Assembly (NCBI GenBank): GCA_045546315.1
Contig: JAZQCN010000059.1
Coordinates: forward strand, 70,494-134,493
Length of the DNA: 64,000 nt
Direction: 5' to 3'
From: Clostridia bacterium
GTDB lineage: Bacteria > Bacillota > Clostridia > UBA1381 > UMGS1253
The notes under the pieces were generated by a model, which was given only the letters and a program-made list of their open reading frames with translations, was not told where the DNA came from and did not search any database. Of the stretch, positions 58,401-64,000 are shown piece after piece. Within the stretch, counting starts at the first letter, position 1, and each line of letters starts with the position of its first letter. The translations under genes and the position numbers were made by a program.

Positions 58401-58552
58401 CCAACCATAATCTCAAGTGCGCTCAAAAGCTTTGCAGCGCTCTCATAGTTTGTACCGTTGACATCGGCAGGTGCAGGAGCGGCAAAAGCCGCTACCTGCA
58501 GCATCATAATCGATGCTATAATCAATGACATTACTTTTTTAAATAATTTCAT
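55466..58552 (-). CDS. S-layer-type surface protein, paralog of 34806..37808
   Basis: 1028 aa. Signal peptide, N-terminal SLH repeats, shared GGYPAGY block. Only 34 nt downstream of the giant gene, with its own GGGAGG SD (probable operon). Confidence 0.85.
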   Translation of the reverse strand: MKLFKKVMSLIIASIMMLQVAAFAAPAPADVNGTNYESAAKLLSALEIMVGDGNSFNGDKNITRAEFTKIMVVAAGHANIVGGYKTKGIFTDVPTSEWYAPYVEFGKDMGAINGMGDGTFAPNANVTGEQAVKMMVATIGYGLKAEENGGYPAGYVEVARELGALKGLANVNLEEPMTRGQAAILCANILEIDVMKRVSGGDVENWESKAGITLLSEKFNTYKLEGIVSANSATSIWETSNLKAGEVEITAKGEKYELLVGETDIDKQIATSVKAYYTYDEETEDSTVICYSINQKNNNIVEVDLADIEVDASTNRVIQYWANEEDNETEEIDVEAMPAILYNGATTASTDDLKTMLEDAQNKPGKVVFMDTDATKGAETVMLTVYETFVIEYLDADDYTILDEISGASVEINVEKKDVTATFEDVNGKELSFDSLQEGDVLSIAASDTGTSKEIFHVIVSDEKAEGIVDTFGTDANGKTIVCLDNGEEYQFGDAFEAWAAANGGHGIRLAQGVELYLDAFGRIAKYEKASTGEADGEYGFILDYVASQSTTGSIEMKLFTADGEFVTLPLASKVKIDGEKYSTDATILDALDASVIASNSIYGGGGYSKDAVTGEMAMVSPMLYKLDGQGAIKEIDTPYKGAEEDEYTLGKIKAGSSGPKTMAYNSQYKGFDYTTAVNSSAVIFAVPSDSALLENDKHMRIYKSSEFQTENEYKLQLFNTDRESRVYTYGVHVLGSSGSDTFKTGETESAQRQRPYFIVTKVSKTLVEDEYGDEIVTLKIYGNEEGSSKTLTVDPDYYNNGQYISGNNSIADHLFNGVTYNVAGTGSRRANITSHGGVMGTERAADLVLPGDIFTYGNNSEGYVNYVRTIYLANENIFMPKNDISGGRRYESSDFTIPVEKDGSTVLFATISNAATGSNIQTETAFTVVDGYIQAKHGGVAIVGEDGKYDLDALSVNMTYAVSKVIVYDAEATSEAKRVTTGSVADIVDTSNPLTPATPCIVRVFNSGIKCVVVLKNLPDTPVVPAP

Positions 58553-58586
58553 TGCTAAACCTCCCTATTCTTTACTCTTCAGCCTA

Positions 58587-61500
58587 TTACAGTGCATAAA
58601 GCACGAGTACGTTTGCAATAATCTGTGCGATTTCTGCGCGTGTAGCGTTACCCTTCGGGTTGAAGCTACCGTCGCCGTAACCATTTACAACGCCTGCATT
58701 TGCAAGTGCATTGATTGCATCTGCTGCATAATCGCTGATGCTTGCTGCGTCTGTGAATGCTCTGTTTGCACTTGTATCCAGTGTGATACCCTTGTTTACA
58801 AGGAATCTGTAAATCAATACAGAGAGGTCTTCTCTTGTAATCATCGCATCTGTACCGAAGTCTGTTGCGGATACACCCTTGATAATACCATCCTGCTGTG
58901 CTGTAGCAACATAGCTGTAGTACCAGGAGCCTGCCGGAACATCAGCAAAGCCGGTCCATGCGCCTGCGCGTACTTCAGAGAATGCCTCTACGAGCATCTT
59001 AGCAACTTCCTGTCTTGTTGCATTGTTGTTCGGGCGGATTGTGTTATCCTCATAACCGCTCATAATGCCTCTGTCGAGCATTGTCTGCAGTGCAGTTGCT
59101 GCCCAGGATGCATCATTTGCATCGATGAAATCAGAAAGCTGCGGCTTCGCCGGCTGAACCGGAGTAACCGGAGTTGTCGGCTCAACTGTGCTGTTGCTCA
59201 TCGAACCGGAGGTTGTACCGCCTGTGGTCGGTGTGCTCGGAACAACTTCCGTGCCACCTGTGGACGGTGTATCGTCGCCACCCACAATCGTTGCAACCTT
59301 TGCTTCAAAGTCTGCATAGGAGTTGATTGTGTAATCCTTTACGATTGTAGAAAGTGTCGCTGTAGAAACGCTTGTAAGTTCTTCGAATACACCTGCTGCG
59401 ATGTAATCGTTTACAACTGCTGCTACTGCATTGATATTTGTATAACCTGTGTTGTTGATTAATTCAACAAATACTGCTTCAGCAAAGTCTTCAGCAACCT
59501 GTGTCTTAACAGAAACCTGAGCGCCGTTTACGGTCTTGGTTTCGTAAGCCTTGTTGGAGATTGCTGCTACTACATTTGCCTTACCTGTTGCATTGAGTGC
59601 TGTTGCATCTTGATAGATTGCAGCTGCTACTGCAACGATGTCGCCGCTTTCAGCATCTGCTTCCGGCAGGATGTAATCCCAAACGAGAGCAAGCTCTGCT
59701 GCGTCAGCGCCGTCGTTGAGTGCTTCTACTGCAATTCTTGTGTCGATGATTGCAGCGAGTGTTTCGATGTTTTCAAGGCCTACATATTCGCCCGGTGTCG
59801 GCTCTGTGATTTCCGGAAGTGCTGCTACAGCATCCTTTGCAAGTACGGAAGCTTCAACAGCTGCCTTGCCTGCCGGAGTAAGACCTGTGTAAATATCGTT
59901 TGTAGAGATAATCAAATCTACATGTGCAAACGGATCAGCTGCGCCGGTCACGATTGCGTTGTATGCTGCAACCTTTTCAGAAATTGCAGTATATTCAAGA
60001 GCATCCTCGTGTGTTTCGTCGTCGATAACGACATCGTAGCTACCGCTTGTTACGCTGTTCGGCAATGTCATGTCAACAGTGTAATCACCGTTTTCATCAA
60101 CAGTTGCACTACCCATACCGAGGATAATACCGTCTGCAACGAGGTCGCCGGAGCCACCTGCAAGTGCAGTCTGAAGGTCTGCAAAGGTCTTGCCGTCAGC
60201 GAGTACATATACAACTACATGCTCACCGCGTGCTTCTTCGCCCTTGTTGCCTTCAACGGAAATATCCGTGCTTGCAGCATCCTGTGCTGCTTCCGGAGCT
60301 TCTACTGTTTCAGCCAGTACTGCGCCACCGTCTTCGATGTCGCCGAGCGGCTGAACTTCTTCTTCAACCGGCGGAATTTCCGGCTCTACCGGCTCTTCCG
60401 GTTCTTCCGGAGTCGGAGCAACAAATGTTGCGCCTGCATCATAGATAACGATCGGGTTAAGGTCACTGGAAGCTACTGTTACCGGAACTGTAACCTCATC
60501 GCCTGCTGCTACATTCTTCACATATACTTCGTTGTCGTATGCGTCAATCGGATAGAAATATCCACCCTGACTGCTGGAGCCGCCGCGTGTAGCAACAAGT
60601 GTAACTACATCCACCTTGGTCCATGTTTCATCGTTTGTAAATATACCCTTTGTGCTCGGAATTACATAAACAACACCGTCTGCCTCAACATTAAATGTTA
60701 AGTAGCTGCTCATTGCTGCATTGGAGCCTGCTGCTGCAGACTTACTTGCCTGGTAATGTGCACCTGTATTTACAAGTGTTGCACCGTCAAGGTCGTCTAC
60801 ATCTGCGATGATGCCTTCAGCTATCCAATACTTGAAGGAGCTTGCAATCAGCTTATAACGAGCAAGGTCGCCATAGTCGCCTGCAGCAGAGTTCTTTGCG
60901 GTCATATTAGCGGTCCACAACACCCGTGCTCCGTTTGCGTAATACACACCATCAGCGAGCTCTGTCGGAGCTTCACCTTCTGCATACTGGCTTGCGTCCA
61001 CTGTAAAGTCAACGCTCATATCCAGTGTTGTCGGAACGATTGTGTAGGCCTTTGTGCTGCCTGCCCACAAATCGTTGTACTTATATTTTACGCCGTAAAC
61101 GTCTGCGCCTGTAGATGCAAGACCATATGTTACATCTGCTGCGTCTGCCCATTTTACGGTTACTGCATAGGTGTTTTCACCTGCAACAACGTCGAAGGTC
61201 TTTGCTGCGCCGTTGTCGTTGAGCATTGCAACGGTTGCATTGTCAGCCAGGTCGATGCCTGTGCCTGCAACGGTTGCTGCATTGAGGTTTACAACCTCTG
61301 TACCGAACGGTACGGTTACAACAGCTGTCTTTGCTTCGTGGTCAACTACTGCTGCTGTTGCTGCCTCTACCAGCATCGGCATATAGAAGCCGCCTGCATA
61401 GATGGACTTTGTGCCGCTTACGCGGTTCAGACCGTTTGCATGATTGTTTGTAGCATTCGGACTTGTTACTGCCAGGGATGTGGTGTAAGTCAAATCAAGC

Positions 61501-64000
61501 TGATTTGCACTGTTGTCCACTACCGGCGGTTCTTCCGGCGGAATTTCCGGCTCTACCGGTGCTTCCGGTTCTTCTACTACCGGCGGTACATAGGTGTAGT
61601 CGCCGAAGAAGCCGTATACCATCAGCTGATCATGAATCGGCATTCTTGTACGATACGGTGTCTTGGAGGTGTAAGCGATCGGTGCTTTATACTTGCCGGC
61701 TTCTGCATCCCAGCTCCAAGCAAACCATTTGCCTTCAACCAACATACTTTCGATTTCTTTTGCAGCCATTGCGTCTGCCTGTGTGATTTCACCGTTTACA
61801 GTGTCAACCGTAGCATCAGCATCATACTTAATATAACGGCCTGTTTCATTCGTTTCATCCAGATATGCATTGTATGCTGCCATGTATTCATCCGTAATCT
61901 GGAGACCCGGAATCAATACTGTGTCGCCGCTTTCAACGTCGATTGCATAAACTTCATGATCGTTTACTGTTGCATTCTTTGTACCCTCGTTTTCATAGGT
62001 CACGAGATACCAACCGGTGTCTGCTGCAACAAGCGCATCCATTTCCGGCCAGTAATTAAAATCGCTCGGGTTCGTCACATAAATTGTGCCTTCACCGTTT
62101 ACCTTAAAGCTCATAAATGCATTGCTTTCCTCTGTTGCCGGATAAGCTGTATCCAGGAGCTTGAAGGACGTGGTTGCCATATGAACCGTACCGCTGATTG
62201 CGCTCGGAACACCAACAACAACTGTATCAGCAGTTGCATCCGGTGTCGGAACACCTACATATGTGAACTTTTCAGGGTCAGTAACCACGTTACCATACGG
62301 CACGTTTCCTGTATTGCCGCCAACCTTCAGCTCTGCTGCCAGATTACCGTACTGGATGTTCATACGCGGTGTACCGAATTGGGTATCCTGCATAGTAAGC
62401 GCGTAGATGTACGGATTTGTGTCATCCCACTTAAATGTTACTGTGTAATCTGCTTCACCAACCGTAACGGTTTTTTCTACTGCATCTGCAGCAGCGAATT
62501 CAGCCGTTACTTCTGCTGTTGCACCCTTAGAATCTGTGAGAACAGCTGTAGCGGAAGCTGTACCAACCGGAACTACGATTTCGTAGTTTGCCGGGTCAGC
62601 GAATGTACCTGCCTTATCTGTTACAGCAACAACATCCTGCTGAATTGCATCCTTTGTTGTTGTTACTGTATAGGAAGCAAGTGTAACCACTTCCGGTGCT
62701 GCCGGTGCTTCAAACTGTACATAGAATACCGGGTCAAAGCCTGTCTGGTCTGCCGGACGCAGTACGGTCAGTGCATTGCCACTAGCGTCCTTTGCAGGTG
62801 CAACCAGCACGCCTTCTTCTAAGGTCCACTTATAATAGTTGCCTTCCTGAACTTGAGTATAGCCTGCAAACGCAGCTTCCTGCGTCTTTGTGCCTGCTGT
62901 TGTTACAACTTCTTCTGTCGGAACATACTTGATATATTTATCTGTAGTTGTTCTTGCATTGTATGCAGCGATTTCATCGTCATCCGGCGCTGTGCCCGGG
63001 AGATATACGTAGTCGCCTGCTGCATATTCCTTCTTATAAAGCTTAGCACCGTTGAGTGTGCCTGCTTCTGTCCAGCCTGCAGCTACCAGCTCTTCCCACT
63101 GATAGTCGAGTGCAACTGCCTTTGCATATACAGTTGCCGGTGCGGATACCTTGAAGGACATGAGGGAGTTTTCTGCGTTTGTGCCCTCATATGTGCCGTC
63201 TCTCATCAGGAAGAATGTAGACGACATATGCGACTGACCGTTCAAAGAATGTGTTGCGATGGAGTATACATACTTTGTTGCTGCCGGTGCTGTTTCACCT
63301 TCCAAAGCAAGATCAGAAAGTGCCTTTGTGCTCAATGCGCCGGAGTCGTTTGTGCCGGATGCCTGATAGGTCAGGTCGCCGTCTGCACCATAGTCAACAC
63401 CCCAACGACCCCTAAAGCCTTCCTTGCCCGCAAAGCCGATAGCAAGCTTTACATCGGAGATGTACGGGTCTGTATCATCCCATACAAACTTTACTGTGTG
63501 GCCAAGGATTTCAGCGGTTGCTTCGTCCTTACCAGCCATATCTACTGCTACAGCTTCAGCCAGTGTGTTCGGTGTTGCAGCATCGTCTGCTGCTGCAGTT
63601 ACAGTGACTGTACCTGTACCGATCGGCACCTTAACAACATATTCTGTTTCATTTGTCCAACCCTGTGTAGCATTGGTTTCTGTAGCAGCTTCTGTGTGTC
63701 TTAAATGTGCTGCTGTTGAATAGGTGATGCTTGCGAGCTTCGCTGTCGGCTCTACTACCGGCGGAATTTCCGGCTCTTCCGGCGGCTGCGGATCTACCGG
63801 ATCTTCTGTATCTTCGATATCCAGTGTAATCATATCCTCTGTTGCTACGATTACGATTGGCGGATAGTCCGAATGAACAGTAGATTCTGCAACTTCTACA
63901 ACTTCGCCCACGGATACCTTCTTCGCATAGATATAGTCGCAAGAACCTGCCCAATGTGCGTAGCTCTTTGCTACGTTTGTATGGCCTTCCGGCGGTCTAT
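58587..64000 (-). CDS. giant modular surface protein with three C-terminal SLH domains; N-terminus off the right edge (more than 1800 aa)
   Basis: The listed GTG at 63911 is not the start: I read the frame open to position 64000 (...RPPEGHTNVAKSYAHWAGSCDYIYAKKVSVGEVV...). Three ~370-aa modules separated by EPEIPP linkers. C-terminal SLH x3. Confidence 0.85.
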   Translation of the reverse strand, partial: RPPEGHTNVAKSYAHWAGSCDYIYAKKVSVGEVVEVAESTVHSDYPPIVIVATEDMITLDIEDTEDPVDPQPPEEPEIPPVVEPTAKLASITYSTAAHLRHTEAATETNATQGWTNETEYVVKVPIGTGTVTVTAAADDAATPNTLAEAVAVDMAGKDEATAEILGHTVKFVWDDTDPYISDVKLAIGFAGKEGFRGRWGVDYGADGDLTYQASGTNDSGALSTKALSDLALEGETAPAATKYVYSIATHSLNGQSHMSSTFFLMRDGTYEGTNAENSLMSFKVSAPATVYAKAVALDYQWEELVAAGWTEAGTLNGAKLYKKEYAAGDYVYLPGTAPDDDEIAAYNARTTTDKYIKYVPTEEVVTTAGTKTQEAAFAGYTQVQEGNYYKWTLEEGVLVAPAKDASGNALTVLRPADQTGFDPVFYVQFEAPAAPEVVTLASYTVTTTKDAIQQDVVAVTDKAGTFADPANYEIVVPVGTASATAVLTDSKGATAEVTAEFAAADAVEKTVTVGEADYTVTFKWDDTNPYIYALTMQDTQFGTPRMNIQYGNLAAELKVGGNTGNVPYGNVVTDPEKFTYVGVPTPDATADTVVVGVPSAISGTVHMATTSFKLLDTAYPATEESNAFMSFKVNGEGTIYVTNPSDFNYWPEMDALVAADTGWYLVTYENEGTKNATVNDHEVYAIDVESGDTVLIPGLQITDEYMAAYNAYLDETNETGRYIKYDADATVDTVNGEITQADAMAAKEIESMLVEGKWFAWSWDAEAGKYKAPIAYTSKTPYRTRMPIHDQLMVYGFFGDYTYVPPVVEEPEAPVEPEIPPEEPPVVDNSANQLDLTYTTSLAVTSPNATNNHANGLNRVSGTKSIYAGGFYMPMLVEAATAAVVDHEAKTAVVTVPFGTEVVNLNAATVAGTGIDLADNATVAMLNDNGAAKTFDVVAGENTYAVTVKWADAADVTYGLASTGADVYGVKYKYNDLWAGSTKAYTIVPTTLDMSVDFTVDASQYAEGEAPTELADGVYYANGARVLWTANMTAKNSAAGDYGDLARYKLIASSFKYWIAEGIIADVDDLDGATLVNTGAHYQASKSAAAGSNAAMSSYLTFNVEADGVVYVIPSTKGIFTNDETWTKVDVVTLVATRGGSSSQGGYFYPIDAYDNEVYVKNVAAGDEVTVPVTVASSDLNPIVIYDAGATFVAPTPEEPEEPVEPEIPPVEEEVQPLGDIEDGGAVLAETVEAPEAAQDAASTDISVEGNKGEEARGEHVVVYVLADGKTFADLQTALAGGSGDLVADGIILGMGSATVDENGDYTVDMTLPNSVTSGSYDVVIDDETHEDALEYTAISEKVAAYNAIVTGAADPFAHVDLIISTNDIYTGLTPAGKAAVEASVLAKDAVAALPEITEPTPGEYVGLENIETLAAIIDTRIAVEALNDGADAAELALVWDYILPEADAESGDIVAVAAAIYQDATALNATGKANVVAAISNKAYETKTVNGAQVSVKTQVAEDFAEAVFVELINNTGYTNINAVAAVVNDYIAAGVFEELTSVSTATLSTIVKDYTINSYADFEAKVATIVGGDDTPSTGGTEVVPSTPTTGGTTSGSMSNSTVEPTTPVTPVQPAKPQLSDFIDANDASWAATALQTMLDRGIMSGYEDNTIRPNNNATRQEVAKMLVEAFSEVRAGAWTGFADVPAGSWYYSYVATAQQDGIIKGVSATDFGTDAMITREDLSVLIYRFLVNKGITLDTSANRAFTDAASISDYAADAINALANAGVVNGYGDGSFNPKGNATRAEIAQIIANVLVLYAL
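60366..60391. repeat. linker-coding direct repeat, copy 3
   Basis: ACCGGCGGAATTTCCGGCTCTACCGG (encodes PVEPEIPPV on the minus strand). Confidence 0.7.
61534..61558. repeat. linker-coding direct repeat, copy 2
   Basis: CCGGCGGAATTTCCGGCTCTACCGG. Confidence 0.7.
63757..63782. repeat. linker-coding direct repeat, copy 1
   Basis: ACCGGCGGAATTTCCGGCTCTTCCGG. Confidence 0.7.

Noticed and set aside
58458-63704. Series of long plus-strand ORFs (334, 363, 688 and 283 aa), very Cys-rich
   Set aside because: Same codon-bias artefact, here antisense to the giant SLH gene.

Overview
The window reads as mostly core chromosome of a spore-forming, SLH/S-layer-bearing Clostridia-type Firmicute. That call rests on spoIID, sigma-A TTGACA/TATAAT promoters, GGAGG ribosome-binding sites and [FeFe]-hydrogenase maturases; it is inference, with no database search. 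Gene content, left to right:
- yerC-hisZ-hisG-hisD (hisD runs off the left edge)
- a nagB-nagA-GH20 amino-sugar operon with a divergent AraC regulator
- an orphan rhaA
- yajC
- rpoB-rpoC with their own promoter
- a HAD phosphatase plus an M14-like peptidase
- a TM1266-type regulator with hydG and hydF
- a radical-SAM gene, then the UPF0210 and ACT pair
- cell-wall proteins of the VanW and DUF348/G5/3D types
- a tandem-OB SSB-like gene
- pflB-pflA
- several SLH-domain surface-protein genes, including a modular protein of more than 1800 aa that runs off the right edge
- spoIID preceded by three small ORFs
- nif3, trmK, ppk1, pfkA, greA, yifB/comM and proC

I saw no tRNA, rRNA, CRISPR array, transposase, integrase or obvious defence or toxin genes.

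I found no convincing new protein-coded system. The features most worth a second look are non-coding:
1. A consensus promoter followed by an intrinsic terminator with an alternative pairing, in front of the hydrogenase-maturase operon.
2. Three tandem ~103-bp long-hairpin units in the convergent gap at 30.5 kb.
3. An S-layer gene bracketed by a perfect 29-bp direct repeat of REP-like GTAG-plus-hairpin elements, with a phased stem-loop array and a structured, Shine-Dalgarno-like 5' leader.
4. A second promoter-terminator leader in front of the HAD/M14 genes.

The many long ORFs antisense to rpoBC, hisD and the SLH genes are rejected as artefacts. All family assignments come from reading the translations by eye. 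No searches or folding programs were run.
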